A stretch of 64,000 bases of DNA from Bacteriovoracaceae bacterium (GCA_018649885.1 JABIHA010000084.1:62001-126000); one strand, 5' to 3'; shown: positions 9,043 through 20,083, counted from the first letter of the stretch. Numbers and translations are program-made. Notes: generated from the sequence alone by a model not told the origin.

Positions 9043-12000
9043 ATGAACATAAGAGCAGAGTTAATACTAATTGTTTTACTGAGCACCCTTGTCTCATGTG
9101 GGCAGAAGATTGATCAGACTAATGCAGATCAAACTGTGGAAAAATCCAAAAATAGTACTCAAAGTCTATTCATTGATGCCTCAAATTTTAATAATGGTTC
9201 TAAAACTATTGAAGCTCTTGCACGAAAGTACCATATTTCACTTACGGGAGAAAAATACCTTGTTGCTACAGGAGCGCCATCACAACTTAGAGAGTTTCAA
9301 GATCTTTTGCCGAGTCAATTAGACACTTTTGAAGATGAGGACATTGTACAATCAAACCAAAAAGATAGAGGGGCCATTCCTCAATTGCATAGGGAAGTTC
9401 TTTATTTGGCCAAAAAAGATTTTGGATTAATTGATTACTGGAAAACTAAACCTAACCATGATGGTCGAAACGTTATTGTTGGGCTTATTGATGATGGTAT
9501 CTCACCAACTCATAGTGGCCTTCAAACAACATCTGAGGGAAAAAGAAAGTTTTTGGGTAGAAGCTCTAGGTCTAGCTACGCAGTTCTTAAACTTCAAGCA
9601 ATTGGGCCAAAGACAATTAAAATGGCCTTTCTTAAATCAGTACTACTAGCTCATAAGGCCACAACATTTTTTCAAGCAGAAATTAGTGAAAGAAGACCTT
9701 ACTTAACAGATCTAGAAAACCGCGGATATGATCTTAATAGTGATGGATCCTTAGATACCATTGAGATAGCCGTCGTAAAAACAAAGTCGAAGGTGATGGC
9801 ATGCTTTGATACCAATGTGAACCACCTCCTTGATACAAACGAGTGTGTAGAGGATTTTACAAAGTCTGGAAAATATCTATTTTGGGATAAAAAGAAAACG
9901 CTTGCTCTAATGGTGAATATTGATCTTAAAAAAAATGAGATCCGCTACTCTTTAGGTGAAGGTCCATCTGATGGTCACGGTGAGGGAGTTGCCAGTGTCA
10001 TGGCGGGACATAAAATTGCCGGACGCTTCAATGGTGTCGCCCCTGGTGCCCAAGTTTATGATTACGATTTAAGCGAAAAAACAAACAATGATATTGAAAG
10101 TTTTTACATGGCATCCACTTTTCTCAAAGGCCTTAGCTGGTTGGGGAAAAAGAAAGTTGAAGTCGTCAATATTAGCTACTCACTATTTTTTCACTCGGCC
10201 AAAACTCAATTATTTTTCAAAAAGGCCCTTGAGGAGCTTGTTAAGAAATACAATTTTGTGATTTGCTTTTCAGCTGGCAATAATGGACCAGGCCTTGGAA
10301 GCTTGAATAGAAGAAATATTTATCCAAGATCTGCTCTTGTAACAGGCGCCTTTGTCGGGCAAGAGTTAGATGAATATGTCCACGGTGTAACAGGTCTCCC
10401 CAAAGAAGGAAGGATTGTTTATTACTCGAGTCGAGGACCTGGACCAAATGGAGGCCAAGGACCAAGTATCATTTCCCCCTTGGCATCCCTGGCCCATGCT
10501 CCTCCATCAAGAGGTATGAGGGCATTTTCAGGAACTAGTTCAGCAAGTCCGGCACTTGCAGGTTTTACAGCTGCCTTTATCTCTGCCCTAAAGGACCACA
10601 AATTGAAAATCGATGCCACCACTGTCGCTAATGCAGTCAGGCTCAGTGGGAAAGCACTTCCAGATATTCCTTATGTTTTTCAAGGAAGAGGACTTCCCCA
10701 GATTTCTAAGGCCATTAGTATTTACCGTGATCTGATGATAGCAAAGCGTCCTCTCTATGTTGAATCAGAAATTTATGGAAGCACAGGTCCTGATGATACT
10801 AAAGTAGAAGGGCTTGTTTTTTATGAAGATGAACTAACTGAGTCTTCCACGGTACGAGTAAAGCTCACAGCTAAAATATCAAAATTGGCCACTGCCAAAC
10901 AAAGAGATGATTTTCTCAGAACTACAATCATTAGATACCCTAGCGCCGATTACAGTGGAACTTCAAAAAACTGGATTTCACTTTCAACATCTCAAATCTT
11001 CTTTGATATTGATCTTAATCAAATTTTTAAATCAGACTCACTGGAACATTTTCACGAGATTCAAATTGTAGATTCAAAAACAAATCAAGTTCTAGAGATT
11101 CTTCCTGTTACTTTCATAAAAGGCAGCAGGGTCATCAGGACTCAAAGCTTTGAAATGGAGCTTGGTAGTGAACAGGGAAAGAGAATTCACCTTGGTATTG
11201 ATAGTGAGACACAAGGACTTGATATAAAAATTGTCCCCATTTCTGGGCCTATTCATTTAATTGCCTTTGAGCTCTTTGATCAGCACTTTGTCGGATCTCA
11301 AAGAAAATTCAATCTTTCAAAAAATGGCCATTTTATTGTAAATACTTATGGTAGTGGTCACTATCAGCTTGGGCTGTCTTACTATAAAGGCACTGCTAAA
11401 AAAGTTAAATTTAAAATCGTTGTCACTCCTATTAAGGTTCGTCTCCAGCAAAATTACGCTTCAAAGGCCACGCCGACTTTAAATATTAAGTCAAACTCCA
11501 CCCTTGAAGGGCTTGAATATCAAATCGTTCCTGTCTCAAAAGAAGTGAAAAAAATTCTACTCAAATATACTCAGCTCGGTAAAGGAACTCACTTTGCTAT
11601 AGATCGTCCTGGTGTTTACAATATTGATCTATTTCCCCTTGTAAAAAGTGATCTTTCATATTTTATTTTTGATTGCTCCTTGAAAGTAACCAAGAAAGTG
11701 AATGAAAATGTGGAAAACGTCCTAAATTATTTTTCTGGTTACGAATTTCCTATTTCAAGCTTTGATCTAAAGGATCAGGTAAGCCATCCTGTCAGTGTAC
11801 ATGCTAAATGCTTTCCATTTGATCTTGTTAAATCTCCAACAAATGCACTGTCAATGTGGGGACTCAGGCTTTCTATAAAAGAAAAAATGCCTCCAGCCTT
11901 TCATGCTATAAATATAAATGGAGGAAGAAATTCCATAAAACTTTCCCCATCACAACTAAAAACAATGAAAATTGGTCAAAGCTACAAATTGTATATTTTT

Positions 12001-12075
12001 GACCGCACAAGCTCTCAGAAATCTCGCAAACCAAGCTCTGGGATTAAAGTTGGTACTTTTGAATTAATTAATTAA
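9043..12075 (+). CDS. S8 subtilisin-family peptidase lipoprotein, TPP-II-like layout
   Basis: Lipobox LVSC; triad IDDG / DGHG / GTSSASP; oxyanion SAGNNGPG; long insert between the Asp and His motifs. Confidence 0.85.
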   Translation: MNIRAELILIVLLSTLVSCGQKIDQTNADQTVEKSKNSTQSLFIDASNFNNGSKTIEALARKYHISLTGEKYLVATGAPSQLREFQDLLPSQLDTFEDEDIVQSNQKDRGAIPQLHREVLYLAKKDFGLIDYWKTKPNHDGRNVIVGLIDDGISPTHSGLQTTSEGKRKFLGRSSRSSYAVLKLQAIGPKTIKMAFLKSVLLAHKATTFFQAEISERRPYLTDLENRGYDLNSDGSLDTIEIAVVKTKSKVMACFDTNVNHLLDTNECVEDFTKSGKYLFWDKKKTLALMVNIDLKKNEIRYSLGEGPSDGHGEGVASVMAGHKIAGRFNGVAPGAQVYDYDLSEKTNNDIESFYMASTFLKGLSWLGKKKVEVVNISYSLFFHSAKTQLFFKKALEELVKKYNFVICFSAGNNGPGLGSLNRRNIYPRSALVTGAFVGQELDEYVHGVTGLPKEGRIVYYSSRGPGPNGGQGPSIISPLASLAHAPPSRGMRAFSGTSSASPALAGFTAAFISALKDHKLKIDATTVANAVRLSGKALPDIPYVFQGRGLPQISKAISIYRDLMIAKRPLYVESEIYGSTGPDDTKVEGLVFYEDELTESSTVRVKLTAKISKLATAKQRDDFLRTTIIRYPSADYSGTSKNWISLSTSQIFFDIDLNQIFKSDSLEHFHEIQIVDSKTNQVLEILPVTFIKGSRVIRTQSFEMELGSEQGKRIHLGIDSETQGLDIKIVPISGPIHLIAFELFDQHFVGSQRKFNLSKNGHFIVNTYGSGHYQLGLSYYKGTAKKVKFKIVVTPIKVRLQQNYASKATPTLNIKSNSTLEGLEYQIVPVSKEVKKILLKYTQLGKGTHFAIDRPGVYNIDLFPLVKSDLSYFIFDCSLKVTKKVNENVENVLNYFSGYEFPISSFDLKDQVSHPVSVHAKCFPFDLVKSPTNALSMWGLRLSIKEKMPPAFHAININGGRNSIKLSPSQLKTMKIGQSYKLYIFDRTSSQKSRKPSSGIKVGTFELIN

Positions 12076-12242
12076 TTAATTAATGGCCCAAGGTCAAAAA
12101 GTGGGTGGTTAAAAAAAATTGTGTTAAACATCAATTAAATTAACGCTCAAGATAGAACAGTTTCTCCCCAAATTATCAACATTTCACAACTTTAGTGTTA
12201 TTTTTTAGTACACGAATTATGACTATGGAAGGATGCGAAAAA

Positions 12243-14453
12243 ATGAGCAACGTCAAAAAGTTCTTACTCCCAATTTTAGTTCTATTTTTAATAACCTTAA
12301 ATTCATTTCTCTTTGCTGCAAACCTTGAGTCGGTTGGCCTTTTCAATAAAACTAGCTGTTTTCTCACCGAGGATAAAGGTGTTCGAAGTTTCACATGCCA
12401 CGGCAAACAAAGTGGGCTTAAATCACCTCTAGCATTAGAAAAAGATATTCAAATTAGCGCTAGTATTGATCACATATGTGCGGCAAATAAGGTCCAATTG
12501 AAATGCTCTGGAGTTGGCCTCACACTTACTGAAAATATCGCTGGGATTGTGAAACTGGATTCTTCAAAAAATACAGTGTGCTATTCTACCGCCAGTGAGT
12601 TTAAGTGTCTTGGTACTGGTATTCTTGCAAGGGCAAAACTTCCAATAACCACCAAGGTTGTGGATTTCGCCCTTGGTGAAAATCACGGTTGTTTAATTGA
12701 TCGTGAGAGTAAAGACAAAAAGACGATTCACTGTTTTGGAAACAATAAATATTCCAAAGCTGATCCTCCTTACAATATGGCAGCTCCTGCACAGATTATA
12801 GTTGGGAAAAATTATAGTTGTGCTCTTAATAAAAAGAGTGATTATCAAAATGAAGTTATTTGTTGGGGGAAAAAATCTTTTAACCCACCAATGCTCAAGC
12901 AGCCACTTTTAATTAAAGGCGCCAAGCACTTTATTTGTGCCATTGATCAAGTCAATTTTACTGATAATAAACTCATATGTTTTGGAGACAACCTTCCAGC
13001 AGATATTCCCGATTTAAATTCGGCCAATACCCTTGAGTTAGGACCCTATACAGGCTGTTCATATGATCAAAAGGGAAAAGAGCTCATTTGCTTTGGCCAC
13101 AACTACCAAAGAGAAATTGATATTTCTTTTGAGATTCTCACTGCAACTCCAGTTAAGAGTTTAAAAGTAGAAGACGATCTACCCAATATGGATAAAGAGA
13201 TTAGTAGAAGTAGTGGTGGCCACCATCGATGTGCACTATTTCAATCTGGTCGTGTTAAATGCTGGGGAAAAAATTATAATGGGCAACTTGGATATGGCGA
13301 TTATAATAATAGGGGAGACTCTTCTGGAGAGATGGGGTCTTCGCTTAAATTTTTGAATCTAGGACCTGAAAAAGTTATCTCTCTTGCTCTTGGAGGAGAT
13401 CATAGTTGCGCACTATTTGAATCAGGACGCGTAAAGTGTTGGGGACAAAATAGTTATGGGCAGCTTGGATATGGGGATACTTCACAAAGAGGTAGAGCAG
13501 CTGGATCAATGGGAGCATCTTTAAAATTTATTGATTTGGGTGGTGAAAAAGCTATTTCTATTTTTGGAGGGTATGAATTTAATTGCGCCCTACTTAGCTC
13601 TGGCCGCTCTAAATGTTGGGGTAAGAATTCTTACGGTCAACTTGGGTATGGGGACACAAATAATAGAGGAGATAGAAAATCAGAGATGGGTGCTAATCTT
13701 AAATATTTAGATTTGGGTCCAGAAAAAATTAAATCTATGAGTCTAGGTGCTTACTATAGCTGTGCTACTTTTCGATCAATGCGAGTTAAGTGTTGGGGGA
13801 AAAATGGCTATGGCCAACTTGGGTATGGGGACAGAATGAATAGGGGAGGTCGGCCAGGTGAGATGGGAGTAAAGCTTTTATATATAGATCTTGGCCCAGA
13901 AAAAGTTATATCCTTAAAAACTGGCTGGTACCACGCATGTGCAATTTTCGAATCCCTTAGGGTTAAATGCTGGGGAGCTAATCAAAAAGGTGAACTCGGG
14001 CTTGGAGATACAAGTCACAGAGGAGGCTCGCCAGGGCAAATGGGGAAGAGTCTTAAATTTTCAGACTTGGGAGTTCAGAAAATTAGATCCCTTGCTATTG
14101 GCGGTAATCAAAGCTGTGCACTATTTGTTACTGGAAGAGTTAAGTGTTGGGGGAGTAATCAAAATGGACAACTCGGGCTTGGAGATATTTCTAATAGGGG
14201 AAACACAGCAGGGCATATGGGAAAAAATCTTGCGTTTCTAGAGCTTGGTCCTGAGAAGGCGACATCACTTAGTCTTGGATATTACTTTAGCTGTGCTACA
14301 TTTGAGTCGGGAAGAGTAAAGTGCTGGGGAACTGGATCTTACGGTAAGCTTGGCTATGGTAACACTGTGACAAAGGGAGACCAGGCTGGCGAGATGGGGA
14401 AAACCCTCAAATTTATTGACCTTGGACCAGATAAGTTAATTTCAGCATTTTAG
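12243..14453 (+). CDS. Secreted RCC1/BLIP-II repeat protein
   Basis: Signal peptide; seven repeats CAxFxxxRVKCWGxNxxGQLGYGD...EMG; shorter degenerate Cys-rich repeats in the N-terminal half. Confidence 0.9.
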   Translation: MSNVKKFLLPILVLFLITLNSFLFAANLESVGLFNKTSCFLTEDKGVRSFTCHGKQSGLKSPLALEKDIQISASIDHICAANKVQLKCSGVGLTLTENIAGIVKLDSSKNTVCYSTASEFKCLGTGILARAKLPITTKVVDFALGENHGCLIDRESKDKKTIHCFGNNKYSKADPPYNMAAPAQIIVGKNYSCALNKKSDYQNEVICWGKKSFNPPMLKQPLLIKGAKHFICAIDQVNFTDNKLICFGDNLPADIPDLNSANTLELGPYTGCSYDQKGKELICFGHNYQREIDISFEILTATPVKSLKVEDDLPNMDKEISRSSGGHHRCALFQSGRVKCWGKNYNGQLGYGDYNNRGDSSGEMGSSLKFLNLGPEKVISLALGGDHSCALFESGRVKCWGQNSYGQLGYGDTSQRGRAAGSMGASLKFIDLGGEKAISIFGGYEFNCALLSSGRSKCWGKNSYGQLGYGDTNNRGDRKSEMGANLKYLDLGPEKIKSMSLGAYYSCATFRSMRVKCWGKNGYGQLGYGDRMNRGGRPGEMGVKLLYIDLGPEKVISLKTGWYHACAIFESLRVKCWGANQKGELGLGDTSHRGGSPGQMGKSLKFSDLGVQKIRSLAIGGNQSCALFVTGRVKCWGSNQNGQLGLGDISNRGNTAGHMGKNLAFLELGPEKATSLSLGYYFSCATFESGRVKCWGTGSYGKLGYGNTVTKGDQAGEMGKTLKFIDLGPDKLISAF

Positions 14454-14483
14454 ATTACTTCAAATAGCTAAAGGTGCTATTTT

Positions 14484-14831
14484 TTAATCATCAGTGACGA
14501 TAGCACCTAAGATAAAGCCCTTCCAAAAGCTTCCGCTACTTTTACTTTCTTTACATTCATTTTGGGCCCAAGAGCTCTTGAAACTGCCGCTGGCGAGGTT
14601 TCCCAAAAGGCTTACTTCATCTCCATCAAGCCATATACCACTGCATTTTGGACATTTATCAATCATTACATTTTTCACGATAAGTTTTTTCATGAGAGTC
14701 TGATCTACAGGGCAGGTTCTGGCTTCTTCACTACCAAAATTAGATTTGCAGGCCTCACACACAGGCATATTGTCATCAATTGTTGTTGCATAAGCATAGT
14801 TACATCTAAGGCACAGTCCTTCATCACTCAT
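14484..14831 (-). CDS. Zinc-ribbon protein (zf-TFIIB-like)
   Basis: CLRC, CEAC, CPVD and IDKCPKCSGIWLDGDE; AGGAGA SD. Confidence 0.75.
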   Translation of the reverse strand: MSDEGLCLRCNYAYATTIDDNMPVCEACKSNFGSEEARTCPVDQTLMKKLIVKNVMIDKCPKCSGIWLDGDEVSLLGNLASGSFKSSWAQNECKESKSSGSFWKGFILGAIVTDD

Positions 14832-14846
14832 TACACTTCTCCTGAG

Positions 14847-16373
14847 TTAGTTAATTAGATAGTTTAGGTTAAAATTGTCTCCGGAGAGGTTATTAAATAG
14901 CTGCTCAAAGTTATATCGCCCCGATGGTTTTACCACATTTTCAAGTAGGTATGATCCAAACTCCAAAGGATTGTCAGTGATTTTTTTACTTGAGCTTTGT
15001 TTGAGATAGGATTTTTTTAACATCTCACATGTTACATCACCCATGAAGTAATTCTGTAGATAAATGGGATGAGTGGTGTGGTGGATCAGAAATCCCCAGT
15101 TGGGTTCTCCATCAAAACGCTCGACTCCATCAAGATCTTTCATCATTTTCCATTTTAGATTATTGATGTCATCAAGGCTTTGGAGATTTTCTAGATATAA
15201 GCTCTGGTCGAATAAAATTGGTTGTACACTATTGAGCGCATTGATTTTGCTCCACTCTTTTGCATTTTCAAATTGAGTTTTTGCCTCGCCGAGTTCATTT
15301 GGAAAGAATTTACTGTAGAAGATTTCTTCGTTGCCCAAATACCCAAAAAGATTGGCAATACCTTCAGAAATAATCCCACTGATTCCCATATTCATTATGA
15401 CATCGTCCGGATCAGTGTGGCTAAAGTGAGCTGCATGACCAGTCTCATGCAGTAATACCCAGAAATGAGAGTATTGATCATCAATATTGGCCAGTATTCT
15501 GGCATCTTTTCCAGGGGAAATGGTGAAGTGATAACCCCATTCAGATTTATTTTTCCTGGGAAAAACATCGTAGGTTATATTTTTACTTCCAATATCAAAT
15601 CCAAATTTTAAAAATAACTCTTTCATAGGTTCATAGTAATTTATCATACCTACTTTTTTCTGCTTGAGAGGAGCTATCTTGGTACCAAGGTGAGCTTCAT
15701 CCCATGGCATGAGCTGTTCAATCCCTAGATATTTTTGTCCAAATCCAGTTCTCTTTTTTGTCCTTTCAGCTAGGTTCGATGTGGTAGTTTCTCTCCAGCC
15801 CTCAAAAATCTTGGGAGAAAGCTCATTTTTCTTTAGCTCCAATTCAACAAAATTTTTGGCCCCATAAATTTTTGCATATTCTTTTCTCAAATTTAAAAGC
15901 TCAATAAACCCACCATCAACTAAGGGTTTATTAATTTGAGACATGGCCTTATATGCTTTTTTTCTGTGTTCTCTATCTTCGGATGTTCGTAAAATTTTTG
16001 AGATCTCTGTGGATTGAACTTCCTTTCCATCGATTGTATTTCTAAAATTATTAAGCAGGTTTGATAGCTTTGTTTTTACTTCAAATATACGGTCCCCGAC
16101 TTCATTTAATTCTTTTGAAAGGTGATAGGGCTCAAACTCTTTATGTAAAATTTCGACTCTTCTGGCATCTTCAGCACTTAAATCTTTTTCACGGTGTGAG
16201 CGGATTAAATCGAAATTTTTTGGATCTTCTAACACTGCTTTCATTTCTTTGTGGGCATCATCTAAACCAAAATCAAAACCCACAGTGTAGGAGGTCCAGT
16301 TTAGCTTGCTGTAGTTCGAGTATTTTTCTTGAAGCTTATTTGAAAGATCGATTAATGGCTGAATTTCTGACAT
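14847..16373 (-). CDS. M3/M2-like zincin metallopeptidase
   Basis: LHETGH motif, downstream SEGIAN glutamate, HHTTHPIYLQNY. Confidence 0.8.
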   Translation of the reverse strand: MSEIQPLIDLSNKLQEKYSNYSKLNWTSYTVGFDFGLDDAHKEMKAVLEDPKNFDLIRSHREKDLSAEDARRVEILHKEFEPYHLSKELNEVGDRIFEVKTKLSNLLNNFRNTIDGKEVQSTEISKILRTSEDREHRKKAYKAMSQINKPLVDGGFIELLNLRKEYAKIYGAKNFVELELKKNELSPKIFEGWRETTTSNLAERTKKRTGFGQKYLGIEQLMPWDEAHLGTKIAPLKQKKVGMINYYEPMKELFLKFGFDIGSKNITYDVFPRKNKSEWGYHFTISPGKDARILANIDDQYSHFWVLLHETGHAAHFSHTDPDDVIMNMGISGIISEGIANLFGYLGNEEIFYSKFFPNELGEAKTQFENAKEWSKINALNSVQPILFDQSLYLENLQSLDDINNLKWKMMKDLDGVERFDGEPNWGFLIHHTTHPIYLQNYFMGDVTCEMLKKSYLKQSSSKKITDNPLEFGSYLLENVVKPSGRYNFEQLFNNLSGDNFNLNYLIN

Positions 16374-16513
16374 ATGCTCGTCCCTTGTACAAAATTTGTG
16401 AAAACTTGGATCATCTTAGTACAAATATAGGACAATGACTTCTGCTAACTTCTCTATCTTGACTGTTTTACTCTAGAAATCAACTAATGGCCTGAATTTA
16501 CCGAACAAGTAGG

Positions 16514-17983
16514 GTGAAGTGCTACACATTTTTGATTATTCTTGTTGGGTTAATTCCCTCTCTTTTAAGAGCTGGGTATACAGATAATTTTGACCCTGAA
16601 AAGTGTGCGTCTGATATTGAATACGTCTGCTTTAGCGATGACCCTAGATTTGATCGTTCCGTCACATTCACTCGGGAAGATAATGAGATGGTTGAGGCCC
16701 TACGAATAGCTCCCTCGTATTTTATTGACCAAAAGAAACTCGGCTTTGAAATCCCAACCTCACTTGATTATTCAAAAGTTGTTATATCTAATAATACTCA
16801 TCAAATCTCTGTAGATATTGATGTTGAAAAGGGTGAGATAACACAAATTAATATTCCTGATTGTAGCAGAATAAAGGTCTTTACTTCAGATGAGGTTTGT
16901 AAAAGTTATTATGAAGCCTTGGCCCTTAGAAGGGTAAAGAAATTCTATATAATGAAAGCGATACTTCTCCAGGATAGCTTTCAAGACTTACCATTTGGCA
17001 GGGTTTTGGTACGAAATTCTATTACTAAACCTGAGCTAAGAGTATTTGAAGGCAAATTATTTGTTGATTTCCCAGATTGTAGAAAAAGCAATGTGAATAA
17101 AGGGAAAACTATTGAGGCCTGCGTAAAGAAAAATTTAAGACGGGCCTCTGTACTTTATAAAAAATCTTCTGAAACATATCGAACATGCCTGGAGACTATG
17201 GATCTTCCCAAATCCAAGGTATGTAAAGATGTAGTTAGGGTGTGGAATGAGTTCTGGGTATTTGAAAAGCCTGAGCCGACAGGTGAATCTGAACCTAGCT
17301 GGATTTATTCGCTATGGCAGGAAAATCCAAAGTGTAGCTATTTTTATGCTCATATCTTAGATTCAGTACCCACTCCCCCACCAAAAGCAGAGGAAGCTGA
17401 AACTGTGAAAAGCGATAGTGTCGTGACAAGGGAAGATGTTAAACCATTATGTGGAGTGCTCACTAAAGACAAAGGGAGTTTTGATTTATTACTAAAAGAT
17501 AGAGATCAATTGTGCTCGAGCTCACAGCGTGACAGCGAAGAGTATTGCTATTGGAGTCCTGATGATATTGATGAAATTAAAAAAGGACTTACCGGAAGTG
17601 GAGAAAAAAATCCTGATTTGGCCCGTTTATGCCAAGACTTTGCGGTAGCGGGCTTTAGGGAATATGACGATAATATGGATGAGGTACAACAAAATGCTCG
17701 CGATTTATTTGGTGATGATATTGAATTTGATTCTGATAAATGTCAAATTTCATTGGGGGGAGTTAGCTGGACACCTCCAATAGAAGGTGCAGCTCTTATG
17801 ATGAGCTATGGTATTGACTTCAATGACTACCAGTATGATCACACGCCAACCAGGTCTGACTATTTTCCAAAAGAGTGGTTTAGTGGGCACAAAGAGGATT
17901 GGGATAGAGAGCATTGGGATACGTTGGGTAGACTTTCAATGAATTGCCAATCTAAAAAAATCCTTCTTGGCGAACATCTATAA
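16514..17983 (+). CDS. Secreted Cys-rich hypothetical protein
   Basis: 489-aa ORF with signal peptide and many cysteines. Confidence 0.7.
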   Translation: MKCYTFLIILVGLIPSLLRAGYTDNFDPEKCASDIEYVCFSDDPRFDRSVTFTREDNEMVEALRIAPSYFIDQKKLGFEIPTSLDYSKVVISNNTHQISVDIDVEKGEITQINIPDCSRIKVFTSDEVCKSYYEALALRRVKKFYIMKAILLQDSFQDLPFGRVLVRNSITKPELRVFEGKLFVDFPDCRKSNVNKGKTIEACVKKNLRRASVLYKKSSETYRTCLETMDLPKSKVCKDVVRVWNEFWVFEKPEPTGESEPSWIYSLWQENPKCSYFYAHILDSVPTPPPKAEEAETVKSDSVVTREDVKPLCGVLTKDKGSFDLLLKDRDQLCSSSQRDSEEYCYWSPDDIDEIKKGLTGSGEKNPDLARLCQDFAVAGFREYDDNMDEVQQNARDLFGDDIEFDSDKCQISLGGVSWTPPIEGAALMMSYGIDFNDYQYDHTPTRSDYFPKEWFSGHKEDWDREHWDTLGRLSMNCQSKKILLGEHL

Positions 17984-18094
17984 TTCTAAAATAGCTACTA
18001 AATGAAAAGTATTTGTAGGATGTCTCTTTTTTCATACAGTCGACTATAGAATATACTTTTTTTCTCACCCAACCTAAGGCAACTCTGCTGACTT

Positions 18095-18110
18095 TGGCAC
18101 TTATATTGCA
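18095..18110 (+). promoter_or_regulatory. Sigma54 (-24/-12) promoter
   Basis: TGGCAC-TTATA-TTGCA, a consensus match, 40 bp upstream of ATG 18151. Confidence 0.8.
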
Positions 18111-18150
18111 TTTTATAGCTAGATATTAAATATATTTAGGAGGAGAGAAT

Positions 18151-19218
18151 ATGAGAGTATTCGCAACGTTTTTGGTACTATCTTTACTGTCATCTAACTT
18201 AATGGCTTCCGACTTACCAGATACGCTACAACCTGAAGCAACAATTCTTGGTATAAACGAATTTTTAAAGGACTCTTGTAAAGCAAGTGTTGCTATGGTC
18301 ACACAAGATCCAAAGACAATACATTACAAAGAAACTATTGGACATGTGGCCAGCGAATTGGCCCCTTACTCCAAGGCACTTATGGACTCAAGAATCGAGG
18401 GCATGATGGCCAAAATCCCCGCTCTTAAAGCCGATAAGTTAAGGCTTGATAAGTTGATGGAAGAAATTATTGTTGGCAATGATGCTAAGTTGGCCATTGA
18501 TGCCGAATTAGAGCTCTTATACGATAAGAATTCAGATATTGAATGGGATGCTTGGTCAGAGGCTGACAATGCCACAAAAGAGGCTCTTCGCACAAAATCG
18601 AGTGAATTACTTGAAGCTAATGAGAAACTTAATGAGCAGGTCTATGAGATCAAAAGAGGCATGGATTTTAGCTCAGAAGCTTACGGTGATAAAAGTGGTG
18701 GTTTTTTTGACGAAGACGGAGACTTAGGGCGAGATGAATTTCATATAAATATCGATAATGGAAGTGTTGGAAATAGCCGTATGAGACAAATGGAAATCCC
18801 CAACGCTGTTGATAAGGCTGAATTCACTGCCTGTTATACTCTAATTCAACTACCTCAATATAAAATCTGTGAGTCAGTTGACCTTCTAGATCCTAAATTA
18901 AAGAGGCAGACATACTTAATGGATAAAGGCCTAGTGATTGAACCACCAACCGGAAATGGCGATGTCTTTTTTGGCGGCACAGTTGGAGTCTACGGAGCCA
19001 TACTCTATCCTCTAGATGAAGCCCAGTTCAATAGAGTATATTTCACTCACCTCATAAAAAGTGGTGTCCATTCATATACAGATGCCCAGTGCCTAAGCTT
19101 ATTAGAAAAGCCTGATTATGCCGATCTAAGAGCTGGATTAATTGATGATAGTGAGGCTTCTATAGAGGCATTTGATCACTCAGTTGAAGGTGAAGTAGTG
19201 GTTGCTAAAGAAGAATAA
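18151..19218 (+). CDS. Secreted acidic hypothetical protein with coiled coil
   Basis: AGGAGG SD, signal peptide, long ORF. Confidence 0.8.
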   Translation: MRVFATFLVLSLLSSNLMASDLPDTLQPEATILGINEFLKDSCKASVAMVTQDPKTIHYKETIGHVASELAPYSKALMDSRIEGMMAKIPALKADKLRLDKLMEEIIVGNDAKLAIDAELELLYDKNSDIEWDAWSEADNATKEALRTKSSELLEANEKLNEQVYEIKRGMDFSSEAYGDKSGGFFDEDGDLGRDEFHINIDNGSVGNSRMRQMEIPNAVDKAEFTACYTLIQLPQYKICESVDLLDPKLKRQTYLMDKGLVIEPPTGNGDVFFGGTVGVYGAILYPLDEAQFNRVYFTHLIKSGVHSYTDAQCLSLLEKPDYADLRAGLIDDSEASIEAFDHSVEGEVVVAKEE

Positions 19219-19242
19219 TTTATCTAATTTTGGGGGAATGAG

Positions 19243-19863
19243 GTGTCAAAATACTTGTCAATACTATTTCTGCTGATTTCAGTTAGCGCTAGTGCTGAAG
19301 ATGCTAGCGAATTTGATTATAGTTTAATTGGAAAGAAAATCGAAGCTGATTTAATTTATAGAATTAAAGAGAGTAATCTTGAGCTTTATCAACAAATTGA
19401 AGAGGGCAACCGTAACTTTCCAGCGGTAAACGTAGTCAATATTACTTATAGCGGAGCTTTCGGTAATTATGCCGCCAGCTTTGTTTATGGCTTACCCAGA
19501 GAAGTGATTCAAGGGTTTCACTGGATGGTTCAAAATGCTTTAACATGGGGAACTTATCATAATCCAGTTCTTTACAAAATTGAGTTTTCCCTTGGGCGAT
19601 TTCAATACTCCTGTAATTTGTATCATCACATCTATGGTGAGGGCGAAATATCAGGCTTGCGCAGCTGTGTAACTAAATCTTTGATAGAAGGCGATACACA
19701 AGACAATACCTACCCAAAGAAATTCGATTTATTTGGAGATCTTTTACTTCCATCTAGAACAGGTATTTTTTACGGTAAGCATCGTGTAACTGATGCTAGA
19801 GTCTCTGACGAGGTTATGGTAGGTGTCTTAGAAAATATTAAAGATGCTTCAATAGAAGACTGA
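19243..19863 (+). CDS. Secreted hypothetical protein
   Basis: Signal peptide ending ASA; 24 nt downstream of the previous gene. Confidence 0.75.
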   Translation: MSKYLSILFLLISVSASAEDASEFDYSLIGKKIEADLIYRIKESNLELYQQIEEGNRNFPAVNVVNITYSGAFGNYAASFVYGLPREVIQGFHWMVQNALTWGTYHNPVLYKIEFSLGRFQYSCNLYHHIYGEGEISGLRSCVTKSLIEGDTQDNTYPKKFDLFGDLLLPSRTGIFYGKHRVTDARVSDEVMVGVLENIKDASIED

Positions 19864-20016
19864 AGCAAATTGAGCTTACTAGTGACTTTGTTGGCAATCT
19901 CTTTACCCATACTAAATGAAAATTATTTTGATTTAACGAATATGTAAAACTTTTATTCTATGTACAATTATTGTACATTTTCTCGCCTCCATCCCCTTGA
20001 TTTTGGATTCGAGAAA

Positions 20017-20032
20017 TGGAATAGGCCTTGCA
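20017..20032 (+). promoter_or_regulatory. Probable sigma54 promoter
   Basis: TGGAATAGGCCTTGCA (GG-N10-GC) upstream of ATG 20084. Confidence 0.55.
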
Positions 20033-20083
20033 TTCTTAAGGGTACCCTCATTGAAGAGGCGTGCATGAGACCAGGAAGGTAAA

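Noticed and set aside
12063..12083. Run of ATTAATTAATTA
   Set aside because: Short low-complexity AT run at a stop codon; no support for a function.
13200..14450. Periodic DNA similarity that might suggest a CRISPR array or DGR
   Set aside because: These are in-frame RCC1 protein repeats with synonymous divergence. I saw no repeat-spacer array, cas gene or reverse transcriptase in the window.
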